Source: Eledone cirrhosa
Lineage: Eukaryota
Length of the DNA stretch: 64,000 nt
Reading direction: 5' to 3'
Assembly (NCBI GenBank): GCA_964016885.1
Contig: OZ024740.1
Coordinates: 313,782,001 to 313,846,000, forward strand
The translations under genes and the position numbers were made by a program. How positions within the stretch are numbered: position 1 is the stretch's first letter; every line of letters begins with the position of its first letter. The notes under the pieces were generated by a model. That model saw only the letters and a program-made list of their open reading frames with translations, did no database searches and was not told where the DNA came from. This document shows positions 13,271 to 25,152 of this stretch, piece by piece.

Positions 13271-13764
13271 TTATGAAGTTATTCTCATCGACATCCCTTC
13301 TCTCGAGTCAAACAACGTGGTTGACCGCATTTTGTGCATGTCAAAGATTTATCAAGAAATTATTATGAAGATAGGAAATTCTACTTAATCACTCAATTAA
13401 TTAATTTATAATAAGAAGAAAAAATTAACTACAATAAACAATAAATTTCTATTTTCCAATTACAAACGCTCGTTGATTTCAATTAATGAATAAAAAGTTT
13501 CTGCTTCCTATAATATTTTCTTTGGTGTTTCTTTTGAAGTAATGAAATACAGATGAAGTGAACTATAATGAAACTCTATATTTAGCTTCAACGTCTTCAG
13601 CAAAACATTCAAGACAGACATCATAAACTGACGTTTTCTCAATGATATCAAAGGCTATTTTATTGAAATGCATCTTGTTCAAAATATATCGAGTGACGTA
13701 CAAGAAGAACAATCCTCCTAGAAAACCCCCTTGCGGCTATGCCGTCCTTTCTTTGTTTTTCGCC

Positions 13765-14032
13765 CTTCTCTCTCCTCTCTTTCCCCTCCCTCTCTCCCTC
13801 TCACTCCCCTCACTCTCCCCCTCTCTCTTCTCTCTTCTCTCTCACTCTCCATTATCTCTCTCCCCCTCTCTCTCTCCATTATCTCTATCCTCTCTCTCTC
13901 CCCTCCCTCTCCCCTTTCTCCCCCTTCTCTTCCCCGCTCTCTTCCTTCTCTCTCTCCATTATCTCTCTCCTCTCTCTCTCCCCCCTCTCTCCCCCTCTCC
14001 ATTATCTCTATTCTCTCTCTCTACTCTCTCTA
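13765..14032. repeat. CT-rich polypyrimidine microsatellite
   Basis: Degenerate (CT)n with a recurring CTCCATTATCTCT subunit. A similar tract lies at 30330-30890. Confidence 0.9.
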
Positions 14033-14169
14033 TCATTCTGCTTTTCTCGTTTATTACCCCACATATATACATACATACATACATACATGCATATATACAT
14101 ACATAAATGCATGCAAATTTGCATAAATGATGATGGCTGCAACTCGATTTTAAGTAATGCCATCGTTTG

Positions 14170-14455
14170 ATACTTAAGCATGAGTATCATGGACGTGGCT
14201 TTTTAGTCCTGCTAAGGACTTGCCTATGGCCAGCAATACCATGCATCGTAAACAATGTCACATATCAAGTGATGCCTGTGTTTGAAGCTTTTTTAAGTGA
14301 GGAAAGGCTATACACGGGGCCAATCCCACTCTCTGAACATCGAAGGTATTTACCTAAAAAAAGAAGAACTGGTCTATATCATTGGATGCAAACGAAGTCG
14401 CAGGTTTTATATCAGAGTGACCTTCTCCTTTATGAAGACTAGGAGTCTCTCTCTC
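14170..14455 (-). mobile_element. Diverged copy of the short RTE-derived element
   Basis: CCCACTCTCT...TATTTACC.AAAAAAAGAAGAAC...ATCATTGGAT...GCAGGT.TTATATCAGAGT..CCTTCTCCT matches 15809-15911. Confidence 0.55.
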
Positions 14456-14483
14456 CACAAACAAATATACGTACATACATACA

Positions 14484-14517
<34 letters not shown>

Positions 14518-15165
14518 CACACATACACATACATACATACATACATACATACATACATACGTACGTACGTACGTACGTACGTACGTACATACATTCATAC
14601 ATATTAATAGAACAGTAAAATTATGTAAAACATTCCAAAAGTCTTGCATGTAATAACTGTATATACATATGTATAGATACAAAACATATGTACGTGTGCA
14701 TAGATAACTCAAGACATCCACAACCACACATACAATAACTTCCATACCTCCACGCACACATACACACACATTCACACACACAAACATACATGCATACCTA
14801 CACACACACACACTCACGCACGCACGCATGTAGACATACATACATATCTACCTAATTGATGTCTAAACTCCAATGAAAAGGTCTTGTGTCTGTGTTAGAA
14901 AGCGACTCTCTCTCTATTGGTAAATATTTATAGAATTATAAAACCAGAACATACATATACATACATTTACATACATATATATATACATATATATATATAC
15001 ATATATATATACATACATATATATATATACATATATATATATACATACATATACATACATTTACATACATATATATATACATATATATATATACATACAT
15101 ATACATACATATATATATATACAAATATATATATACATACATATATATATATACATACATGGAAA

Positions 15166-15478
15166 GCACTCCGTCGGTTACGACGACGTGTGTTTCAGTT
15201 GATCCGATCAACGTAACAACCTGCTCATGACATTAACGGGCAAGTGGCTGAGCATTCCACAAATACGCGTACTTTTAATGCAGTTCTTGGGGAGATTCAG
15301 CATGACACAGAATGTAACGAGGCTGGCCCTTCGAATTATAGGTACAACTCATTTTTGCCAGCTGAGCGGACTGGAGCAACGTGAAATAAAGTGTCTTGCT
15401 CAAGGACACAGCGTACCGCCGGGAATCGAACTCATGACCTTACGATCGTGAGCCGAATTTACTAACCACAAAGCCAAG
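15166..15478 (-). mobile_element. SINE family 2, near full length
   Basis: Minus strand: GGCTTTGTGGTTAG (A box) ... GAGTTCGATTCCC (B box) ... TGTCCTTGAGCAAGACACTTTATTTCACGTTGCTCCAG ... CGTCGTCGTAACCGACGGAGTGC. Confidence 0.88.
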
Positions 15479-15520
15479 CATACATACATACATACATACA
15501 TACATACATACATACATACA

Positions 15521-15570
<50 letters not shown>

Positions 15571-15953
15571 CATGGTGGCTGCCAACTCGTTTTCGAGTAC
15601 GGCCACTACTTTATATCCATGTAGGAGAACCCCTACCGATGCGCTGAACGAGTATGACTTTTTAGTCCAGCCAGCGACTTGAAAACTCTGGTACAAACAC
15701 TACACTTGTGACAATTATTGAGACATAGTGCTGGGCCCATGGTACCATGTGATGACAAGTGCAGAGAGATCTCCAGATAAGTGAGCAAAGGCACTGCACA
15801 AAGCCAGTCCCACTCTCTTAACCAAGATGATATTTACCAAAAAGAAGAACAAGTCAACATCATTGGATACCATCAGGGTTGCAGGTGTTATATCAGAGTT
15901 TTCCTTCTCCTAGAATTCTGCCTTGACAAAGGCTAAGGGGTCATCTCTCCCGG
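15571..15953 (-). mobile_element. Short RTE-derived element, inverted copy of 4741-5126
   Basis: Reverse complement is near-identical to 4741-5126, including the zinc-finger coding relic. Confidence 0.7.
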
Positions 15954-16230
15954 ATGCATACATACATACATACATACATACATACATACATACATACATA
16001 CATACATCTCCCGGATGCATGCATACATACATACATACATACATACATACATACATACATACATACATACATACATACATACATACATCTCCCGGATGCA
16101 TGCATACATACATACATACATACATACATACATACATACATACATACATACATACATACATACATCTCCCGGATGCATGCATACATACATACATACATAC
16201 ATACATACATACATACATACATACATACAT
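15945..16230. repeat. Compound repeat: (ATAC)n blocks separated by CTCCCGGATGCAT
   Basis: The CTCCCGGATGCAT spacer occurs four times (about 15947, 16008, 16089, 16166). Confidence 0.9.
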
Positions 16231-17081
16231 GATGATGATGATGATGATGATAATGATGGTGGTGGTGGTGATGTTGATGATGATGATGACGACAATTATG
16301 CCTACGAAGACGATGATAGTGATGATGACGATAAAGTCTGATTGACGTCGTTCGTTATCTCTCTGCTTGGTGCAAACAGTGAGAAACATCATGTTAAACT
16401 GACAAAACAAGCTGCAAATATAAGAATCTACAAAAATAAAAGCCTGATTAAGAGATACATGCATTATTTTTAGATATATTAAACTTTCACCAATATAAGC
16501 ATCTTATGCAGAAGATGTCTACATTGAAAACCTTCTGTCACACATGTAAACAAGTGGGTACTTACGTAAAACTATACTTAACTTACTGAAACTGAAACAC
16601 ATATACAATGCACCGAGTCCAAAAATAAACTTGGATAACGTGACCAAAAGAAAAAATAACTTCTTATTCTTCTAAAATTAGAAAGAGGAATGTGTACTTT
16701 GGACCTGATGCACAAAGGTTACATGTAGAGCATAAATATAAAAAAAAAGAGCGGAAGTCGTCAGTGAACTGACGCCTATTGAGAAAAAGAGAGATCTCTT
16801 TTTCAGATTTCTGAAGTAAAGAGTAAATATATTGATAGATAGAAGTAAAAATGTTACGGTAATATAGAAGCCTATTTATACACTGATGGACACCATATAG
16901 CGTTACAACAAAAAGGGAAGTATAGAAAATTGAAATAAAAAACACGGTTAAAAAAATTATATATAGACGCAGATGTATTTTAGGATATAATGTGAATATT
17001 TTGAGAATAAACCAGATGCGTAAATAGAAAGGCAACAGAGAAAGGTTACAGTGCAGCATATGAAGTCTAAATGGAAAGAAT

Positions 17082-17672
17082 TGGAGCAACGTGTGCGTGC
17101 TGGAACTCCGTCCCTTATGAAGGACACAACACACCACCAGGAATCGAATTCATGACCTTACGATTGTTAGCCGAACACTTTAGCCACTAAGCCACGGACC
17201 TTCACAAACAGGCACGTATACCCTTAATGTAGTTCTAAAGAATATTCAGTGTGATACAATGTGTGTAACAAGGCTGGTGCTTATATGTTTACAGCTTATT
17301 TTTGGCAGTTGTGTAAGATGAAATAAAGTGTCTTGCCCTTTGGCACGTTGTGCCACCAGGAGTCGAATTCACGTCCTTAGGATCATGAACCGAAAACTCT
17401 AACCACATAGTCACGTGCTTTCACAAAATGTTGATATAAAGTGAGAATGATGGATCTCCATCGGTTCCAACGATGTATTTCTCAAGTATTTCCAGGTTGT
17501 TGTTGTTAGACCATCGTCAGTTCTAACGACCGGTGTTCCACGGAACAGCCTACTCATGAAATTAACCTGTAAGTGGCTGAGAATTCCACCAAAACGTGAA
17601 CCTTCAACATAGTTTTCTGGGAGGAGGGGCAGTGTGATACAGTGTGTCACAAAACTAACCTTTGGTACAACT
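17082..17672 (-). mobile_element. Three fragments of SINE family 2
   Basis: AAGGACACAAC...GGAATCGAA.TCATGACCTTACG...CCACTAAGCCAC at 17082-17200, a similar piece at 17205-17420 and a 3' piece at 17505-17672. Confidence 0.7.
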
Positions 17673-18699
17673 AATTTTCCGAAAAAATATTTTGTTCCTT
17701 TTCAGCACGCCAAAATCATGTGAGAAATATATCAGTTAATTTAATAGCAAAAAAACAACTTTATCAAGATAGTTATATCAAACGACAGGTGAAAAATCGG
17801 TGGTGATGACAAAATAGAAAACTATACACCTGAAATACTTGATAAGAGGACATCAAATTCAATAGTTGTTAACTCCAAATAAAAGAAAAAAACAGAAAAA
17901 TGTATATATAAAACAATACAAACTTTAAGCCACTCAGATTGACAAGTCCATAACTTATTTAGTAGCAACAGAAAATATATTTTATAATAAAGAGAACTTT
18001 ATATAACAAGATACCTTGACGAGTTGGCGAGAGCACTTCACAAGATGCAGTGAACAAGCACCGTTTCTTTGAACTGAACATCACATATTCCATTCCAAAG
18101 TCTTAAAGTAATGACTGTAAGTCCAAAGCTAGAGCATAATGAAAAACGATGTTTCGATGAGGACTAACATGAAGAACATTTTGCATTTTTCCAATAAATA
18201 ACAAAACCAATTAAACCAAATAACTGTGCTGGTTCCAGTTGCTTTGAATGAGCATAATTCAAGTGTAGCCCCTTGGTAAATATTACTATGTAATGCAGCA
18301 TAGATGTTATGGTTATATAATGTACTAGCGACTGTGCTTAGCATTGCGCGCATTTATGAACACCTAAAGTAAATATAATCATATGAATTCACTATGTTTT
18401 GGGTAACTTACATAAAAATGCCACTGACAATCTTCAATTGGCCTTGGAATATGTATTAAATCAGAATGGTTGCATCTTTGGGATTTAAAAGATTGTCAGG
18501 TTGACTCTCAAAGGATAAACAAATATAGAACTTAAAGTAAAAGTTTGCCTTCATACTGATTTTTTTAGTTTTCAGGGGAAAACTTTACCCCAAATACTGT
18601 ATTAATTTAAATAATAGAAATCCAAGTCTTTTATTCTTCTTTGATAACCTCAGCAGTGAGTAACAATTACAAAATAAAATAAAAGCAAAACAACAAAAG

Positions 18700-18953
18700 A
18701 AAGGAAAAATGGGGAAAGGGCAAAGATTGTTAAGCAACAAAAGACACGGGGAGTGAGAAAGGATGGCAGACTCTGCACCTAAGTCAGAGTGCTGGTTCAG
18801 CTGCACCCTGCGGACAAAATGTCAAAGGCATTGGCATGGAAATTGCCAGCGACAACCGCTGCAACAACCACTCCACCTCGCGGGACTCCTCCCTCACGGG
18901 CAGCTGGGAGGAAGTCAGCTGTACGAGGTCAGAAGATGCCAGGGATATCGACA
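18700..18953 (-). pseudogene. 3' relic of a CRE-like non-LTR retrotransposon
   Basis: Minus strand: VDIPGIF*PRTADFL ... REVEWLLQRLSLAI / ANAFDILSAGCS*, homologous to 35902-36162. Confidence 0.65.
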
Positions 18954-19275
18954 ACTTATTCTAAATGAATTATCTTTCTAATCCGTAAATTGTTTCCAAT
19001 ACTAATTGTAGTACTAGAGGGCTTCACAATATTCTTAGTTTCTCTGGCAAGAGCTAAAACGTACAAATTTCAGAGAACCTTACATAGCATAAAACCGTCT
19101 TTTTGAAGAGATGAGCCTTAGATAAAATTTCATTTATCTAGATGCAAAACAGTAGTCTGCAACATGGAACATATACATTCTTTTTTCTTTTTTTTTTTTT
19201 TTTTTTTGCATTCACATGTGAAAGAGACACATTCACTACAATGAGAACGTTGAGTAGCACAACAACCTTAATAAC

Positions 19276-19456
19276 TGTTTCTACTTTTGGCACAAGGCCA
19301 GTAATTAACCACTACATTACTGGTACTTTATTTTATCGACCCCGTAAGGATGAAAGGCAAAGTTAACCTCGGCGGGATTTGAACTCAGGCAAGGGCCGTA
19401 ACTCTATGCGTCAAAGCATGGCGTCCAACCCTCTACCGACACTGCCAATCCACCGC
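19276..19456 (-). mobile_element. SINE family 1 with TSD
   Basis: Full SINE. Direct repeat ACAACCTTAATAAC at 19262-19275 and 19479-19492. Confidence 0.9.
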
Positions 19457-20363
19457 CCTTAACCCCCGTTCAAAACGTACAACCTTAATAACAACAGGAA
19501 CAGTATCGATTCTCGCAACATTAATGATTTATAAGTCGCACACGTCTACTTTCCGTGAGCCAATATCACATATAATGGATGTTCTCAGAAACATCATAGC
19601 AACCTTTAGTTTTGTAAAAAGACGGAAACGTTAAATATTAGAATTAACTAAACCCCGTTCAAAACGTACTCTCTTTTGTGAACATTAGATGAAAGGAAAT
19701 ACTCTTGAAACTTTATGTAACTCCAGTCATGAGACTAGAAATTGTGAAAATGCATGCGAATGTAAAACAAAGCTATAATAAAAACGCACACTAACACTTG
19801 AACACTTAATATTTAGTTATGCATCTCCGAAGTTCTCATATTACTAGCATATAGAATAGTAATATATCATGTATATGTTAGGAATAAACCTGTTGACTAA
19901 GTTATCCTAAAACTACAATTAATGAGTTAATTAATGTCTATACTAGGCAGGAAGTAAGGAAAATCGTGTTTCGTTTCGTTTCAGATTTCTGATCAGTTCT
20001 AAAAAAATAAAGAAAAAATGTATCTCTTTTTTTTGTTTTAATTTCGGTTCGTTATTTTTTTGTTTTGATTATTTTTGTTAGGTCTAGTTAGTTATATTAT
20101 ATTATTAGTTATATTATTTGTTGGATTGATTTAGGAGTTGGTTTTTATCAAATACTGTGTGGTAGTAAAATACGTAGAAGAGAATCCTATATTTCAGTAT
20201 GAGTGCATGTCATGAAGCAATCTATATAGTAACTATATATTATCTAACTTCAATGACATATCCGTATTCTGATTTTATCTTTTTGGCATGTTAGTTTCTA
20301 ACATATGGACATCATTATGGTGCTTCTCATTTTACCTATATATTAACATATACGTATGGATCC

Positions 20364-20470
20364 ATAACTCTTGAGTGAGTCGTAAGGGGACCGTAACTCT
20401 TGGGAGAGTCGTAAAGTCGCGATACTCTTGAGGTAGTCGTAAGGGGGGCGTAACTCTTGGGGGAGTCGTA
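20364..20470. repeat. Minisatellite, about 29 bp x 4
   Basis: Unit approximately GTAACTCTTGGGAGAGTCGTAAGGGGACC. Confidence 0.85.
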
Positions 20471-20861
20471 TTGACATAAAGCGTTTCTAGGGCATTTTTA
20501 ATCCTGGCGGCGCCCTTCTTTTCTCCAGGCCTGAATACAGCAGATTTCTTTCAGCGAAGCGTAGAGAGAGTGAGAGAAAGAAATTGAGAAAGAGATATTG
20601 AGGAAGAAGCGACCACAGCACTATCCTGGTACTTTTTTTATCGACCTTAAATAGATAAAAGGCAAAGGTGACTTGATGTTAATATATATACAAGCACGAT
20701 TTTCTCTATAACATCATTGTTATATATTATATGTATTATAAAGATAGCTTGTATAAAATAGGGTGAAGACCCTTGAAAGAAGGAAAAAATAATTTTCCAA
20801 CGGCCGCTATGAAGAATTGAACTCCATATCATCCAGCCGGTATCTTTATAGCATTTCTGCG

Positions 20862-20892
<31 letters not shown>

Positions 20893-20998
20893 CCATAGTT
20901 GGAAAATAATTATGATTTAATTCCTTTTTTCAAATTTCGTGGTAGTTAAAAAAAAATGCAATAGAAGTTAAATATGAAAATAGAAATAGGTAGGTAAA

Positions 20999-21049
<51 letters not shown>

Positions 21050-21396
21050 CAGGGAAAGAAAGAAAGAGAGAGAGACAGACAGACAGAGTAAGTGAGAGAT
21101 AAATATTTATAAAATGTATAAATAAAAGTGAATTCCGGTTGTATTTGAATGTAACGGTCCGTAATATCATTTCCGCTGGAAAACTATAAATATACTATTA
21201 AATATATATACATAGGAAATGGTTTATTTCAATTTCAATTTCTTTGTTTTTTTTTTCTCATACTACTGTTTTTTTTAATAGTATATTTATAGTTTATATA
21301 TATATATATTCTTTGTCTAAAAGGAAACGCTAAATGCTTTTCATTTATAAGATCCTATATTAAAAATATATCTATTTAAATGTCTGCTCCCTTCTT

Positions 21397-21428
<32 letters not shown>

Positions 21429-21433
21429 CATAA

Positions 21434-22239
21434 AAATACAAATAAATTATCGAGAATCGGAATCTCGGCCCACGAAATAACGAAACACAATCTTCGAAAA
21501 GTGTGGCAAAGTGCTCAATAGTTTGAATAAACGAGAGCTATAACTAACGTTAAAATACCAACACACTGAGATAATGCTTAAAATCATTCGCACAGCCGAA
21601 AAATCAACAAAGAAAATTCGGGTCAGACAAATAATAATATATATGAATGAAAAATCTTTACCCGGACCCGCTAGAATGATGGTAAAATCTAGCATTTTCG
21701 TTTCTGCAGCTCCTAAATCAGTTACCGTCAGCTTACATAAAAAATATCCGGCTTCTGGTAGAATGATGAACGAGGAACCACTTTCTCAACAGGCATTTCG
21801 TTCAAAAAAATACAAGGGAACCCGTTACTAAATCCACGTGGGGTCTAGCAAGGGAGGGAACCCCTATATTAGGCGAATGAATTCAGTAGTGTATATTGTT
21901 GTAAAAATACAAAATATCACATATCGAATTAGAGTTCTCAACAGACGGGTTAAAATTAACATGAGCCATTCATCAGTCAATAAGATCAACTAAAAAATCA
22001 ATAAAATTAACTGGTGAATAGCTAAAGACTGGAGATAAATACAAATAAATTATCGAGAATCGGAATCTCGGCCCACGAAATAACGAAACACAATCTTCGA
22101 AAAGTGTGGAAAAGTGCTCAATAGTTTGGACAAACCAGAGCTATAACTAACGTTTAAATACCAACACACTGAGATAATGCTTAAAATCATTTGCACAGCC
22201 GAAAAAACGACCAAAAAAATTCGGGTCAGACAAATAATA

Positions 22240-22247
<8 letters not shown>
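21434..22247. mobile_element. Unclassified element with 210-bp direct terminal repeats, flanked by (TA)n
   Basis: 21434-21644 and 22037-22247 are highly similar (period 603). TA runs on both sides. Confidence 0.65.
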
Positions 22248-22298
<51 letters not shown>

Positions 22299-24459
22299 CG
22301 TGTGTAATGACAAGGAAGAGGAAAGTTATTATGTGGTCGATTAGCAGTATCTGTAGGGCATAAAGTTACGGCCCTTTACGCTCTATGTTCAAATACCACC
22401 GAGGTTAGCTTTGTATTTGATTCTTACGGGTTCGATGAAATAAAGTACCAGTAATGCACTGAGGTCGAAAGAACTTTGATAAACAAATGAATAACGAAAA
22501 AGAAAGATAAATTGAAACTTATAAGGTGTGTCTTTCTTTCTATTGGCAACATTACCATCTCCAAATATAACTGTATCTGTTTCAACACATGATTTCACCT
22601 CAAGTATCTACAGAACAAATACATAAACATATATATATTCATATATACTGTGTTGACTCTGAGGAGCAATTGCAGTGCTTCATGACAGTCTCGAAATTCA
22701 ATCGGATGCGAATTTGCTACTTGCAGCTGCAACTTCGTTTATACTTATTACTATTATTATTTTCTCATCGTCTTTATAATTAGTTAATTAATTGATTAAT
22801 TGAATAATTGATTATTTAATTGTTTGTTTGAAAACCTAATTGAGAGCTTACTTTGTGACTGTTTACACTTTTGAATATACCCGCCAAAACCCAGGAAGTA
22901 TCCCTCCTCTTTCTCAGAAAAAACACCTGACCTCAATGATGTATATACTACTACGGTAGAATGCCTATGTTGACTCAGAACTGATGAAACGGATACTCGG
23001 AACGAAAAACCTGTTGAAGAAATTCCCGTTCCAACTTAGGATACATTACCGACATGCATATACGCTACGCAACTTGGAGTGTAACTAACGATTCCTAGAA
23101 GCCTATCGAAGATATTTATTGATTAATATCTATCGATCAGGTCCACGCTCGACTTTAACCTGGCTGTATTTTTCGTTGTTGTAGTATTAATGTGGCAACA
23201 TGCTTCTGGTCACATTATTCATTATATCACTATTACCTAACTTATTGTGTTCAGTCTGAGGAGCAATTTCTAAATTACTTTATCACTTAGTGCTTCGTAA
23301 CAGTCTCGAAATTCAATCGGATGCGAATCTGCTACTTGCAGCTGAGTGGTTAGAGAATTGGATTCGCAATCGTGAGGTTGTGAGTTCGATTCCAGGATGC
23401 GTTATGTCCTTGAGCAAGACACTTTATTTAATGTTGCTCCTTCTACCTGGATTTGAGACCGATAGGTAGTTTTAGCAATTGGAAAGCCCAATGGAAAAAT
23501 TGTTTCCTCTGTCCGATTTGACGAAAGTCGATCGACTGAAGATATATATATATGTCTGTGTGTGTGTTTTTGTTTGTGTATGCGTGCGTACACACAGAGG
23601 CGCGCACACACACACACGTGCGCACACGCACACACGCACACAGTTCGTTATATAATTCAATGTGGATATTTCTGGTGTTCCAAAGGATTCGAACAAAGAT
23701 TACGTGCAGGAAATTATACTTATAAGAAGATTTGTAATATTTGATGTAGAATAAGAATCTAGTTTACTTATTATGTCACGGTGATTTATTCTAAGCTACA
23801 CTTTAATCTCATATTCATATCATAATGCTATATTCAATACCACTCTTACGTAAACATATATCGAAATACTATTTCCATTACCAGAACCACTACATAGGTT
23901 ATCGATATCATTATACAATATCAAATATTTGAATCGATACTCGTCTAAGAATATATCCATGATATGATATTCAACTCAATATTCTGGATGAGATAGGGAA
24001 AAATCACGCTATCAATTCCATCTATAGTGATGATATATCTCCAGCAGATGGTGTTGTTGTTGCTGCGCAGTTCCAACCAGAATTAACTAAGATTGTTTAT
24101 GACGGATCAGTAGATGATTGAACACAATATTACATCGTTTTTCTTTCTATCCGTAGTCTTTCTATATTTATTGTTGGATATGTTATCCTAATACTTATAC
24201 TTAAAGTGTGAGGTCTCCATTTGAAAGTCGTGAATTTATTGGGAGATATTTAGCTGCTACCTTGTTACAAGTAATGTGTACTTAACTCCTGAAGACATAG
24301 GAACACTATCTTGACATGTGGTATGTCTTGGGCATTTTAAACCTGGTGGAGCATATCCCTCTCCAGATCGTAACACAGACAATGTCTTCTAGAGAACGAA
24401 AGAGGGATAGAGAGACAAGTAATAGAGATAGAGGAAGAATCGACCCAAATAGTGGAGTG

Positions 24460-25152
24460 ATACTTTATTAATCGAACTCGAAAATAGGTAAGGAAAACTT
24501 GATCTCAGTGGGATTTGAAGGCAGAGTGCAATGAATTAAAAACATTAATGTGGTGGGATCTAAATTCGGAGCGTAGTAAGTAAAAACAATAATATGGTGG
24601 GATTTGAACGCAGTGCGCAGTGAGTTAAAAAAATAGTGTGGTGGGATTTGAAGATAAGGTGAAGTGAGGAAAATACTGCGGTAGGATCTGAATGCAGGGC
24701 TCATTGAGCGAGATAAATACTGTCGTGGGACTTGAAGACAGGTGAAGCGAGTGAGAAAATATTGAGGTGGGAATTGAACACAGGACGAAGTAAACCAGAA
24801 AAATAATGTGGGGAGGGGAGTTCATAGGGTGCAGGGAGCCCGAAAATTATAGTGGCTGGATTTGAACACAGGGTGAAGTGAGCCCGAAAATTACTGCCGT
24901 GAGATTTGAACACGGGGTGAAGTGAGCCCGAAAATGCTGTGAGATTTGAACACGGGTGAAGTGAGCCCGGTAATTACTGTGGTGAAATTTGAAGACAGTT
25001 TACAGTAAATCAGGAAAATAGCGGGATCTGAACATAGAGCGAAGTGAGCCAGGAAAATACTGTGGTGGAATTTGAACATAGGGCAGAGTGTGCCAATAAA
25101 ATACTGAGGCATATTTAATCCGACGCTTTAAAAACTCTGCCAATTCGCCACC
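24460..25152 (-). repeat. SINE family 1 with internal tandem amplification of a ~43-bp B-box segment
   Basis: About 14 units like CTGTGGTGGGATTTGAACACAGGGTGAAGTGAGCCCGAAAAT at 24500-25110, between SINE body remnants (24462-24510) and the SINE head (CCGACGCT...CTGCCAATTCGCCACC, 25120-25152). Confidence 0.75.

Noticed and set aside
15945-16230. CRISPR-like repeat-spacer appearance (also 24500-25110 and 27596-27792)
   Set aside because: Eukaryotic context, no unique spacers, no cas genes; units derive from microsatellite or SINE sequence.
16664-17137. 157-aa hydrophobic ORF
   Set aside because: It starts inside a SINE, reflects AT-rich composition and has no motif.
18129-18420. YQGATL resemblance to a PIF1/Helitron helicase motif and a possible 48-bp intron
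   Set aside because: The match is too short, with no other helicase motifs in register.
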